DNA of 64,000 nt from Malacoraja senta (taxonomy: Eukaryota): the NCBI GenBank assembly GCA_038087875.1, contig CM075991.1, positions 6,324,001-6,388,000 of the forward strand. Direction: 5' to 3'. Below are positions 1 to 12,746 of this stretch, in pieces. Position 1 is the stretch's first letter. Every line of letters starts with the position of its first letter. The position numbers and the translations under genes are program-made. The notes beneath the pieces were generated by a model. It saw nothing but the letters and a program-made list of their open reading frames with translations. It was not told where the DNA came from and did no database searches.

Positions 1-329
1 TTCTTTCTATAGGTATGACCTTTTATTCTGGCCCCTCCTACCAGTGGAAACATCCTCTCCACATCCACTCTATCCAGGCCTTTCACTATTCGGTAAGAAT
101 ACATCACCACAATTGGTGCCAGACCAGTGTTTCATGCTTATCCATTCTCCCCCCTCTCTTAAATTAGCGTTAGTTAATTTGCATTGGTTAATTTTCAGAT
201 TTAATCGTGCCTCCTTTCAGCATCTAAATACAAATGAACGGAAAGGGAGAGCAAAGAGGCCCAGATCTGTTAAGTAACTGTTCGCAAAATCTTGCACTTT
301 GCTTAACGCTTGGATAGCTCAGAATGTGA

Positions 330-695
330 AACAAACGCCCACTTCCTTATCAAGTACTTTCAAAACTGTACTTTCTTTGCAACTTTAGCAAGCAATGCAA
401 CTGCCGCACCTGTCCTCATGAAACTGAAAAAAAAGAGCTGTCGGAGTGGGAGAAGCGAGTGTGCCCAACCTCCACCATCTCTTTCAAAATATATGAACTG
501 AAACACAGGGTGCACCATCTCTTGCTTGCTTGTGCGCGCTGGGCTAGCGTCTGGTCACGGCAGAGTTGTACAGGAACAAGGATGTGGGCTGGCAGACAAC
601 TGCATAGGCTGAGACAGGGACTTGCCCTAACCGAAGAGAAGAGCGTGCACTTTGAAGACAAGCTATCTCCTCCGCGCTTTCCGAAGAGGGAGATC
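330..695 (+). promoter_or_regulatory. Putative ARHGAP25 proximal promoter / 5' UTR
   Basis: Repeat-free region upstream of the ATG, with an ETS core CACTTCCT (340-347) and an IRF-like GAAACTGAAA (420-429). TSS not determinable. Confidence 0.4.
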
Positions 696-759
696 ATGTC
701 ACTGAAGCTGCCACGCAACGTCTGGGATTTCAACCTTAAAACAGATTCTGCACGAATAG
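696..759 (+). CDS. ARHGAP25: ARHGAP25 coding exon 1 (MSLKLPRNVWDFNLKTDSARI-G)
   Basis: ATG at 696 in context ATCATGT; donor G|GTATGG at 760; phase 1. Confidence 0.9.
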
Positions 760-1127
760 GTATGGTGGGGGCATAAACCTGGTCTGTTAACCCATTAAAC
801 ATTTCCTCCTCTCTTACCAGTTTGTTTAGTCCATGACTGAGACTAATGTGGGATCACTCTCATGTTGCAGTTTATGCGTTTATCTGGTTTCATGACTTAG
901 ATGAGATAGTGAGATTGGGGGAGAGAGGGGAAGTGTCACGCTTCAACAAATGTTGTATTGTAGTGTAGTGCAGGCACCAGGAGTGAACGTGGTGGGAATT
1001 AGTGACAAATGGCACATGTCTAGATATTCCCAGGGATCTGTTGGTAATAGACTGATTGAGAGGTTAACTGGAGAGTTTGTGCGATTCACAACGTTAGGGA
1101 CGCAGCAAGGTATTATATTTAACTGGG

Positions 1128-1342
1128 ATAGACACAAAATGCTGGAGTAACTCAGCAGGTCAGGAAACACCTCTGGAGAAAAGGAATAGGTGACGTTTTG
1201 GGTCGAAACCCTTCTTCTTTGAAGAAGTTATCTTTCTCCCTCCGATGCCTTTTCTACAGAGATGCTGCCTGACCCGCTGAGTTACTCCAACATTTTGTGT
1301 CGAACTTCAGTGTAAACCAGCATCTGCAGTTCCTTCCTACAT
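1128..1342. mobile_element. Penelope-derived short element, inverted pair. Family representative; further copies near 6.9, 8.9-9.2, 10.6, 12.5, 14.4, 15.1, 16.6, 22.4, 23.6, 26.3, 31.9, 32.4, 36.7, 37.7, 39.4, 40.9, 43.7, 45.7, 46.8, 47.1, 48.4, 53.1, 54.3 and 55.1 kb
   Basis: Shared unit GACACAAAATGCTGGAGTAACTCAGC...GCAGCATCTCTGGAGA...GGTGACGTTT.GGGTCGA.ACCCTTCTT, the same type as the terminus of the GIY-YIG-bearing copies. Confidence 0.8.
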
Positions 1343-2025
1343 AGTTTACTACATGTTGGTTTATTCATCTTCATGCTCTTCTGATGCACAGCATTCTGTG
1401 GAGCAATGTATGACAATTGCTTGTAATAATTAAAATATATTTAATTATGTCTTTATATCACAAGGATCTCAACTGTAGACCGTGTGCGAGCTTTGGGGGA
1501 AATAAATCTAGTTGCAACAATATTTGCTGAGAGTAGGATTGGATCAGTGACCTACTTAATGTTTCTCAGAATGTAGGGCGGCTGCATCATTTGAAATGAC
1601 TTTGCTGCTGCAGTTTTTCACTCGTTTGGATATTCCTGTCGATGAGCTTTTTGTATATGTAACATTTGTACTGAATCTGCTGCTGGGGTAGTACATACTG
1701 ATGGTGTGATGGAACATGCTGAACTGTCAGTTTTAATCAGAGAGTTAAACATTTCAGTGCATTATACAGAATCCATTTCTCTTCCAATTTATATGTCTCC
1801 AAATCCCTCTTCATTTCACTCTCCAACATCTTTGCTCTTTCATTCACTGGCGTCTTGTTGTTTTTATCATTTCCTTCCTAAGTTTCTCTTTCACTTCTTG
1901 GTCTTCACAAAACATCTCAAATCTACTCATTACCAAGAACTTTGGTCCCTGTCTCATAAACTCTTATTTCCCTGCTTGCTGTACACTTTCTTACTGTTGA
2001 TGTTTTGACGTGGTCCATAGGAATT

Positions 2026-2380
2026 AATAATAATAATGGATGGGATTTATATAGCGCCTTTCTAATACTCAAGGCGCTTTACATCGCATTATTCATTCAC
2101 TCCTCAGTCACACTCGGTGGTGGTGAGCTACTTCTGTAGCCACAGCTGCCCTGGGGCAGACTGACGGAGGCGTGGCTGCTAATCTGCGCCTACGGCCCCT
2201 CCGACCACCACCAATCACTCACACACATTCACACACATTCACACACATTCATACACATTTATACGCAGGCAAAGGTGGGTGAAGTGTCTTGCCCAAGGAC
2301 ACAACGACAGTATGCACTCCAAGCGGGATTCGAACCGGCTACCTTCCGGTTGCCAACCGAACACTTAGCCCATTGCGCCA
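2026..2380 (-). mobile_element. tRNA-derived SINE with L2-type tail, copy 1
   Basis: A box TGGCGCAATGG, B box GGTTCGAATCC, central GTGTCCTTGGGCAAGACAC, (TTA)n tail; near-identical to 12747-13112. Confidence 0.85.
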
Positions 2381-2383
2381 AGG

Positions 2384-2857
2384 TATTCCCGGGATGGCGG
2401 GACTGTCATATGCTGAGAGAATGGAGCGGCTGGGCTTGTAAACTCTGGAGTTTAGATGGATGAGAGGGGATCTTATTGAAACATATAAGATTATTAAGGG
2501 TTTGGACACGATAGAGGCAGGAAACATGTTCCCGATGTTGGGCGAGTCCAGAACCAGGAGCCACAGTTTAAGAATAAGGAGTAAGCCATTTAGAACGGAG
2601 GCGAGGAAACACGTTTTCTCACAGAGAGTTGTGAGTCTGTGGAATTCTCTGCCTCAGAGGGCGGTGGAGGCTGGTTCTCTGGAAACTTTCAAGAGAGAGC
2701 TAGATAGGCCTCTTAAAGATAGCGGAATCAGGGGATATGGGGAGAAGGCAGGAACGGGGTACTGATTGGGGATGATCAGCCATGATCACATTGAATGGCG
2801 GTGCTGGCTCAAAGGGCCGAATGCCCTACTCCTGCACCTATTGTCTATTGTCTATTG
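2384..2857 (+). mobile_element. CR1 LINE 3' end
   Basis: RGDLIETYKI...RTRSHSLRI...FSQRVV.LWNSLP; (CTATTGT)n tail. Confidence 0.85.
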
Positions 2858-5800
2858 TTGCTTGCTTTAGTGACCCCCTTCTATGATGTATCAATCCACG
2901 ATACTATGTGTCATGCAGTCTCTCTATAACCCACCCTGTCCATACCAACAATCAAGTAACCATTGATACTAATCCTATTTACCAGGACTCAGTCCGTAGC
3001 CCTCTATGCCATAGTACTTCAAATGCCTAGATTATTTGTGTCTAGATTGTAAATGTGACAGTCTCTGCCTCCAACATCCCTTCATGCAGTGAAATCCAAA
3101 CTCCAACCATCCTCTGACAGAAAGAAGTCTTGTTACATCACGTCTGAACCTCCTCAGCCTTACTTTTAAATCGTGCTCTCTGGTTACTCCATTGGGGAAA
3201 CATTTATGACTGCCAATCCTATCAACTTGCTTTGAAATTTTGTGTGCCTTCATTATATTTTATAATATTGTATAACATTCTGCAAAGTTCATGATCAAGA
3301 CTCAACTTAATTTCAAAAGAGTTTGTTGGCAGCGATTCAGTGCAAATTCTGGAACAATTCCTCTTTCATGGATCATCATAGGGCACATACATGTTTTCTC
3401 TGATTTAGCAAGTACAAGTGCCCTCTCCCAGGTAAGTAACATTGCATGACAAACCACCCATCGTAAATATTAATAGTATACTATCACAGTATATTATGCA
3501 GAGTGGTGCAGCGGTATGGTTTCTGCCTTGCAGCATCAGAGACCCGGGTTCGATCTTGACTATGGGTGCTGTCTATACAAAGTTTATATGTTCTCCCTGT
3601 GACCAGGAATGTCGCAGTATAACACGTGGCATTAACTGCAACAACACCATGGACAAAGCACCTTCAGCAATAATGAACTGCATGGAATGTACTGCATGCG
3701 TCAACCACAGGATATTGACTATTACTTAACTTACACTGCTGTATCTGATATGTACAATGTATTGGTCAATATAATCTCAATAGGATTGTGATCGAGATGT
3801 GGCCCAACACCGTAAGACATGACATCCATTGTCAAAAGGGGATTGTTCCAATTCTACAAAAAAAGAATATTTAAGAGGTGATAGTGATGCATTACTGGGC
3901 AGTGATGCAGAGCATTAATTGAAATAATACTTGTAACATATTTGAAAGTACATTATTGTCAGCAATGCAATTTGGTGAGTAATAACTGGAGATATAAGTT
4001 CCAACTCTCTCACGGTAGCTGAAGAATTTAACTTCAAGGCAGAGACAGGGTAGACAGTCAGAACCTTCTATCCAGGGTGGAAATGACTAGGCATAGCTTC
4101 AAGGACAGAGTGGGAATTTTAAAAGAGATTTGTGGGACATGTTTATTTTACACAGGTGGGTGCCTGGAACATGCTGCTGGGGTAATGGTGGAGGCAGGCT
4201 TGATAGTGGTGTTTAAGAGGCTTTTAGATAGGCACTTGGATATGCATTGAATGGAAGGATATGGATCATGTACAGGTGGAGGAGACCAGTTCAATTGGGC
4301 ATCATGGTTGGTATAGACATTGTGGGCTGAAGGGCCTGTTCCTGGGCTGCACTCTTCTATGTTTTTATGTTTTGCCCAGACGTACGGTGGGGCAGTGGTA
4401 CAGTTGCTGCCTTAGAGTGCCACAGACCTGGGTTGATCTTGACAACGGGTGCTGTCTGTACGGAGTTTGTATGTTCTCCCCGTGGCCTGCGTGAGTTTTC
4501 TGCTGGAGCTCCGGTTTCCGTCCACACTCCAAAGACATACAGGTTTGTAGGTTAATTGGCTTGGTATAAATGTAAATTGTCCCTGGTAAGTGTAGGATAG
4601 TGTTCGTGTGCGGGGATCGCTGGTCGGCGCAGACTTGGTGCGCCGAAGGGCCTGTTTCCGCACCGTATCTCTACACTAAATTAAACTAAAGTGATTAAAT
4701 GTGATTCTTGGATGAATGGATTTTACCGTCTATTTTAGGAAGTCAGTGAGCCTGCTTGTGTGTGAGTCATATCACTAAAATTCAGATGGTTTTCTAATAG
4801 TGATTTTGTAATGTCGCTTGGAACCGTTCGTCTGAGTCATGTTGTTTTCAGATCTCAGCGAACAAAGCGAACGTTGATTGGCTGAGTGCTGTGACAGGAT
4901 GTGGGTTGGCGATAAGACTGCAGTGTTAAAGGAAACACCAGAGCACAACGAGAAGTGTGTCCATTTTCCCATGCCGTCCAGCTGACCAATGTGATTCAAC
5001 GGCTGATGCGATTAGATCCAAATAAAGGCTTGATGAGCAAAGAATTTCTGGGCACAGTGTGAAATGAGCGATGACAATCAGATCACACCAGGATCACAAC
5101 CGGTGATTGATTGTGGACAATCAATGTATACACTGTGCACACACGGACAACCAGATCACAAAAGGGCAGCACAGTGGCGTGGCGGTAGAGCTACAGCCTG
5201 ACAGCGCCAGAGACCTGTGTTCGATCCTGAGTACGGTTGCTTGGCTGTACGGCATTTGTACGTTCTCCCCGTGACCTGCATTGGTTTTCTCCAAGATCTT
5301 CAGTTTCCTCCCACACTCCAAAGCGTACAGGCTTGTTGGTTAATTGGCTTGGTATGAATGTGAAGCAAATGTTTTAAAACGTATAAAAATTGTCCCTCAT
5401 GTGTATAGGATAGTGTTGGTGTGCAGGGATCGCTGGTCGGTGGGGACTCAGTGGGCCGGAGGGACTGTTTCTGCATTGTATCTCTAAATGGAATTAAACT
5501 AAACTAAACAATCAATTAATTTGCAGAGCACGTTCCAGAGGTTGAGAAGCCAACTGGCCTCTTCCTGTTCCTAATTTATATATATCAACAAATACTATAC
5601 ATGTATTCAAAGAGGAACAAAAAGCCCCTGAACTGAATTCTACTTCTTATGTTGATACAACTTTAGTTTAGTTTAGAGACCCAGCGCGGAACAGGCCCTT
5701 TGGCCCACCGAGTCCGCACATTAACACTATCCTGCGCACACTAGGGACAATTTACAATGTAATCGAGCCATTTAGCCGACAAACCTTTCTATGTCTTTAG

Positions 5801-7480
5801 ATTGTGGGAGGAAACCAGAGCACCCGGAGAAAATCCATGCAGGCCTCGGGGAGAATGTACAAACTCCATGCAGACAGCACCCGTAGTCGGGTTCAAACTT
5901 TGGTCTCTGGTGCTGTAAGGCAGCAACTCTACTGCTGCGCCACCGTGCCGTCCATACTTAGTGGGTAAAATTCAAAAGAGAGAGTTTTCAAATCTCTCAA
6001 AATCTACCCCTTATATCCAATAACTCCTTAGTTTAGTTTAGTTTAGTTTATTATTGTCACATGTACCAAGGTATTGTGAAAAGCTTTTGTTTGTGTGCTA
6101 TCCAGTCAAAGAAAAGACTATACATTAATGCAATCAAGGCGCCAACAGTGCCCACATGGGTTTCTACCAAGTGCTCCACCTTACTCATATATCCCAAAGA
6201 CATGCCGGTTTGTAGTTTAATTGGCCTCTGTAAATTGAGTGGATAAAAAAGTGGGATTAATGGGTAATAAATGGTCAGCTTGGATTTACTGGTGCGAAGG
6301 GCCTGTTCCTGTGCTGGATCTCTACTAAGTGAAATACACACACACACTAATGGACAGATAAGAAAATGTGTACATGCACACAGGTAAAATACAAATATAC
6401 TCATGCACACATAATTGCACCAAGCACACGTGCTGTCAGGAAATGTAACAGGCTGACCAGAAGTTACTGGAGTGCAATGAGTTTTGACAATTCATATTGC
6501 ATCAGTCAAATTATTTTTGTTTTTGTTTTTGACTCCAGCTTTCTTCCTGCTGAGATGCAAGGAAGGAAGACAGTTATTCCTTATGCATCAGGCATGGCCC
6601 GTCTGGTAATTTAAAAAAAAACTTAGCGGCAATCCCTGTATGTAAAAATAGGGTGTGAATAGGGGGCAATGGCAATTTCTATCACCACGAGCCTGATATC
6701 AGGTGTAGGTGGATGAAGCCATCGATTTATGGTATCTGATGCATCAGAAACAGGCTGAGAAAGTTTAGAGGAAGACTAATTCCATTAAAGATCAAGAATC
6801 TTTGCTTAAGGAAGTTAGAAGAACTGTTCCTGATCTCTGATTGTGCTGAAAAGGACACAAAGTGCTGGAGTAACTCAGCAGGTTGGGCGGCATCTCTGGA
6901 GAACATAGAGAGGTGATGTTTTGGGTCAGGACCCTTCTTCAGACAGGGTTTCGACCCGAGAAGTCACCTATCCTTTTTCTCCAGAGATGCTGTCTGATCT
7001 GCTGAGTTACTCCAGCACTTTGTGTCGTTTTGTGTATGAACCAACATTTGCAGTTCTTTGTTTATAGACTCTTGTTGAGCTGAGCAGCCGCAGGGAAGAC
7101 TTGATATTTGAGAGTTGGTGGAGGGGCTGTGAGAGGAGCTTGTACCAGGCGGCAGGTAAGTGAAGTCATTAACTAGATGGTCATGCTGAATCACACAGCA
7201 GGATGACAGCATAGCCTCAGCAATCAATAGGAGTAGCACTGGGAGAAGATATCAAGGAAGGTGCCGTGATTTCTAAACTCCCAGTAAGATGTTTGGAAAG
7301 ATAAATTTAGTTTAGTTTAGAGATACAGAGTGGAAACAGGCCCATCGGCAAATCTAGTCCAGGCCGACCAGTGTTCATCAGTACACTAGTTCTATCCAAC
7401 ACACTAGGGACAATTTACAGAAGCCAATTAACCTACACACCTGAACATTTTTGTCATGTGGGAGAAAAGGAGATGAGGAG

Positions 7481-7650
7481 GTAGACAAAAGTGCTGGAGA
7501 AACTCAGCGGGTGCAGCAGCATCTATGGAGCGAAGGAAATAGGCAACGTTGCCTATTTCCTTCGCTCCATAGATGCTGCTGCACCCGCTGAGTTTCTCCA
7601 GCACTTTTGTCTACCTTCGATTTTCCAGCATCTGCAGTTCCTTCTTAAAC
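7481..7650. mobile_element. Penelope-derived inverted short element with 15-bp TSD
   Basis: Direct repeats AAAGGAGATGAGGAG at 7466-7480 and 7651-7665; internal perfect palindrome. Confidence 0.85.
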
Positions 7651-9359
7651 AAAGGAGATGAGGAGTTTCTTTAGCCAGAGGGTGGTGAATCTGTGGAATT
7701 CATTGCCACAGAATGCTGTGGAGGCCAAGTCATTGGATACTATTAAGGCGGAGGTTGACAGATACTTGATTAGTGTCATGGGGAGAAGGCAAGAGAATGG
7801 GGTTGAGAGGGAAAGATAGATCAGCCATGATTCAGTGATGGGCCGAATGGCCTAATGCTTTTCCTAGAACGTTTGAACTTATGCAGGAGGAAACCGGATC
7901 ACCCGGAGAAAACGCACGTGATCACAGGGAGAATGTACGAACTCCGCGTAGACAAGAACCCGCAGTCAGGAGCGGGTCTCTGGCACTGTGAGGCAACAAG
8001 TCTACCGCGCCGCCACTGTGCCGTCCTGTAAAAGGGGAAGAGAAATGAATGTTCCCCAAAAGAGGAAGTCTCACCTTCAAGAAACAAAATACTTGGTGTA
8101 TTTCGAGTAGTGAAGGAAGTCCACATTTAAAGACATTTAAAAAAGCCCACATTTTGCCCTCGTACAGCTATTTCTGAAAGCAAATGAAAGATTTCAACGT
8201 GTATATTTTAACTGTGGACAGTATCCAGCACATGAGGGAAGTAATTGGGTGCTGCAGGAGAGATGAATGCATTACCTGCACCTGGAAATCCAACAAAATG
8301 AAAGAAAATTAATATTTAGATATGACAATCTGAAGCACAAGGATGTAGTGTGTTGACAGCAACTTCCTGATCTAAACTTCCTGCTGTGGTTGAGTGATCA
8401 CAGCCGTAACTGGGGTTTACTAAGAGGAGGGTTATCGGCACATTGGATGCGCGTTTCTCTGGAGGAATATTCTGGTGGGCGAGCAAAGCAAATGCCTTGC
8501 ATTCTTTGTGTCAGCCTCTGGTATAAGATGCGGACACCCATAGTGTCAGGAACCACTGATAACATTTTTTAAAAAATCTGACTAATACCTTCACAGATCT
8601 GTACCAGTCGTGCAGGTGCAGGAAAGATGTAATCAGAGGTGGTGATAGAAAAGTCAAGAGCAACTTTTTTTTTAAACCATGAAAGACAATAAAAATAGAA
8701 TGCATTTTTAGAATACATTTCACAGCCTCGCGAAATTCCAAGCCAGTGAAGAACGTCTTGTCGCCTTTATAAAGGCAGCTGAATTCTTTCCATGGCAGCT
8801 GAATTCCCCAAAGTACAGTTTCAATGATAGCAACGTAATGATCAGATTATCTGCCTCGGTTGTTGATTAACAGAATCAGTCTGAAGAAGGGTCCCGACCC
8901 GAAACGGCACCTATCCATGTTTCGGAAGGAACTGCAGAATCCGAAGATTGACACAAAAAGCTGGAGTAGCTCAGCGGGACAGGCAGCATCTCTGGATAGA
9001 AGGAATGGGTGACGTTTCGGGTCGAGACCCTTCTTCCCATGATCCATGTTTACCAGGGATGCTGCCTGACCGATGAGTTACTCCAGCATTTTGTGCCTTT
9101 CCTTTCCCATAACACAAAATGGATATAACGCAGATGATGAATAATGTGGATGATGAATAACAGGTGATGAATTCCGTCACAATCAGTCTGAAGAAGTGTC
9201 CCAACCTGAAATGTCACCTATCCAAAGCATTTATTCAAAGCATTTGAAAATACCTGGTGCAGTTTTCCAGCTTTTTAGTTTAGCTTAGTTCAGACATACA
9301 GCATGAAACCAGACTGCTCTGCATAAGGAATGCGTCGGAAGGAACTGTAGATGCTGGTT

Positions 9360-9725
9360 CAAAGGTTCAAAGTTTCATTCATTGTCACATACACCAATTG
9401 TTGTAGTGAAATTCAAGTTGCCACTGCAGCACATTAATAAGAATACAACATAACATTATAAAGAAATTTAACATAAGACATAAAAACATCCCCCCACAAT
9501 GGTTCCCACTGTGAGGGAAGGCACAAAGTCCAGTCCCCATCCCCTTGTCCACCCATAGTCGGGCCTATTGAGGCCTCCGCAGTCGCCACTACGGGGCCCG
9601 ATGTTTCGGGCCCTTCTCGCCGGGTGATGGTGCTCCGGCGTCGGGAGAACCCTCTCAGCGGCTTGGGATGCCTGGAACGGCCGCATCCTTACCGGAGACC
9701 GCGGCTTCCGAAGCCGACAGGCCGC
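9360..9725 (-). mobile_element. GC-rich non-coding retroposon with (TTTGAACC)n tail, inserted in a Penelope short element
   Basis: 7-bp TSD GCTGGTT at 9353-9359 and 9726-9732; its 3' hairpin resembles the tail at about 20565-20640. Confidence 0.65.
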
Positions 9726-10221
9726 GCTGGTTTAAACCGAAGATGGACACAAAATGTTGGAGTAACTCAGCGGGACAGGCAGCATCTCTGGAGAGAAAGA
9801 ATGGGCGATGTTTCGGGACGAGACCCTTCTTCGGCACAATGGGTCCATCGCTGACAATCGATCACCTGTTCACACTAGTTCTATGTTATCCCACTTTCTT
9901 ATTCCCTCCTTACATACTATGGGAAATTTACAGAAGCCAATTAACCTACACATCTTTGGGATGGGAGAGGAAACCGGAGCCACCGGAGGAAACTCCGCGC
10001 TTTCACAGGGAGAACGTGCAAACTCCACACAGGCAGAAGCCGGGGTCAGTATCGAGCATGTGTCTTTGGCGCCGTGAGGCAGCAGCTTTACCCGCTGCGC
10101 CACTGTGCCGCCCTTTGCACCGTTGCAGACTCAATGGGTGCAGAGGAGCCTCTGGATAATTGAATAGGTCTCACGAAGGCGCAGTCTTAGAATGCTTATC
10201 CTTTTCATTATTTCCGATTCA

Positions 10222-10508
10222 TTGCGACCGGGCCTTTGCGGTTGCAGCTCGTAGACTGTGGAACAGCATCCCTGTTCCCATCAGAACTGCCCCCTCCATC
10301 AACTCTTTTAAGTCGAGACTTAAAACTCATCTTTACTCTCAAGCCTTTCTTGACGTCCTCTGAGGGAGGGCTATATGTATGTATTTATGTATGTACTTAA
10401 TCTATGAACCACTGTTGTATAACGTTAGTACCTCCACCAATGTAAAGCACTTTGGTTAACAAGAGTTGTTTTTTAAATGTGCTATAGAAATAAAAGTGAC
10501 TTGACTTG
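10222..10508 (+). mobile_element. Short L2-clade 3' fragment
   Basis: DRAFAVAARRLWNSIP...FKSRLKTHLY; TGTAAAGCACTTTG...GTGCTATA 3' motif. Confidence 0.7.
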
Positions 10509-11544
10509 ATTTTTTCTTAAAAAACAATAAAGCTTGGGACAGCGGAATCATCCAGACCCCAGACCTATTTTAGGCACCTATGTTCCTTTTTACATCTCTC
10601 ATTTCCCTCTCCTCTGACTCTCAGTCTGAAGAAGTGTCTCGACCTGAAACGTCATCGATTCCTTCTCTCCAGAGATGCTGCCTGACCCGCTGAGTTACTC
10701 CAACTTTTTGTGTCTGTCTTCGGAGTAAACCAGCATCTGCAGTCCCAGTCCCTTTTATTGATCTGTCACTATGTACGTGCCTTGGTTTGACATTCCTTTA
10801 TGTGTTTGTCGGACAAAATCACACTTTATATGTCCTAGATTTTCAAACCCCACACACAGTAAAATTCTTATAATATGTTCTCCTGTTATTTGGAAATCCC
10901 CTTGGCTGGGCATCTGGTTTACAAGTGCTGATTCCCACACTCCCTTTAACATAATGGAGCCCCAGTTCCTCAGCACACTGGGATCCCATTTCCCGCGCAG
11001 CCTTTAAACTCACTAGTGCCTTGTTTCCTGTCCTCTCCTGACACTCACCAGGTGCTATTTCCTGTGCTCCTTGAAACTCACCCACGTTATGTTTCCCATG
11101 TCCCTTTTTAAACCCACCAGGGCCCAGTTTCCCGCTCTCCTTTTGGATACAAAGGGCTGGAGTAACTCAACCGTTTTAGGCGGCATCTCTGGAGAACATG
11201 AATAGGTGACGTTTTAGGTCAGGACCCTTCTTGAGACCTACCAGGTTTGCTGGAAAGATTATTATAAGACTGCAGAACATTAAAAAAAAAAGTACTACCA
11301 ATGTGTTGGAGGAGTGCTAGTACAGTGGAATAACATATAACAGAACACAAATCTACCACTCTGGCACAGTTAAAGTCCTGGCCATGCTGGAATGACAGGG
11401 AGTTTGGTGAGGGAGAGAGTGCCAGATATCAGTTACTGGACCTGATGCTGGGTTGTCACCCAAAATGTCGACTATCCCTCTGCCTCCACAGATAACACCT
11501 GACCTGCTGAGTTCATCCAACAGTTCGTTTTTCATTTGAGGCCA

Positions 11545-11930
11545 CACGCAAATTGGGCAGCTTACAACCCAGCAATATGAATATTTATTTCTCTCATTTC
11601 AGGGAGCCACTGCATTCCCTCTCTCTCCATCCCTCACCCACCCTAGTCGTCCTGCTGGCTCCACTGATTGCATCCATTTATATCATCGTCATCACCTCTT
11701 CCACAGCCAACAATTGACCATTGTGGGCTCCACCTTTCCTTGGTCATTGGTGCCGGCTCTGAATTGTTCTGAACCTGTTCATACCTTTAGATGCCCCCCT
11801 GCCCAGTCTCAGTCTGAAGTAAGGTCTCGACCCGAAGCGTCACCAATTCCTTCTCTCCAGAGATGCTGCCTGACCCGCTGAGTTACTCCAGCTTTTTGTG
11901 TTTATCTTCGGTGTAAACCGGCATCCAGAT
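11545..11930 (+). mobile_element. Penelope-like 3' end fragment
   Basis: TTGGGCAGCTTACAACCCAGCAATATGAATAT (LGSLQPSNMN) followed by UTR and terminal unit. Confidence 0.65.
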
Positions 11931-12746
11931 TCCAGCAGAGTTTTACATCTCATGTTTCACTATCAATCGCTCTAAGTATGAGGGCTTCAGAATATCAACC
12001 ATGAATTTCCAGGCATTGCTACGACACAGAAACAACTCAAGAATGTGATCTTATTGTAAGTCACACACCATTGACTGGAAAGGAAGCATATGGAGTATAT
12101 ATTTTTTATTTCCGTTATGAATATTAATGGTGTTAGTTAGTTTAGTTTATTGTCACATGTACCGAGATATAGTGAAAAGTTTTTATTGCATGCTAACCAG
12201 TCAGCGGAAAGATAATATATGATTACAATTGAGCCATCCACAGTGTACAGATACGTGATAAAGGGAATAATATGAAACGCTAGTGTTGGAGTAGAAATTT
12301 TAATAGAATGGAATGATGGTAATGCATGATTGCAGATCTACTTCTGTGACCAAAACACAAAGAGTCTCCAGGCATGGCCGCCATCTTGGATTGCGTGTTT
12401 CTTCATCATTAGAGACTGCAGTTTTGGGAATCTCCTTGGAGTGAGTTTGTTTCGGTTAATGAGCCATGGTCAGTGCGTGGGGGTGGTTGTTGGATCTGGT
12501 GGTTAGATTGAAGAAAACACAAGATTGCAGATGCTGGAACCTTGAGCACAAATAAAAGTGCTGCAGGAAGTTAACGGGTCAGGCAACTTCTGCGGAGGGA
12601 GATGGACAGATGACGTTTTGTGTTGAGACGCTTCTTCGGACTAATGGAGTAGTTTAGTTTAGAGATAGAGGGCAGAAATAGGTCCTTTGGCCCAACGAGT
12701 CCGCGCCTTCTAGTGATCCCCATTACACTAGCGCATACCACACACT

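Noticed and set aside
459..695. Upstream extension of the exon 1 ORF
   Set aside because: Called from a non-ATG start; homology begins at ATG 696.
2310..2380. tRNA-like A/B boxes (also in HE1-like copies)
   Set aside because: SINE heads rather than complete cloverleaf tRNA genes.
3429..3437. Perfect donor CAG|GTAAGT
   Set aside because: No supporting coding homology or clear exon start; could be chance.
12374..12390. YY1-like motif GCCGCCATCTTG
   Set aside because: Isolated single motif with no supporting context.
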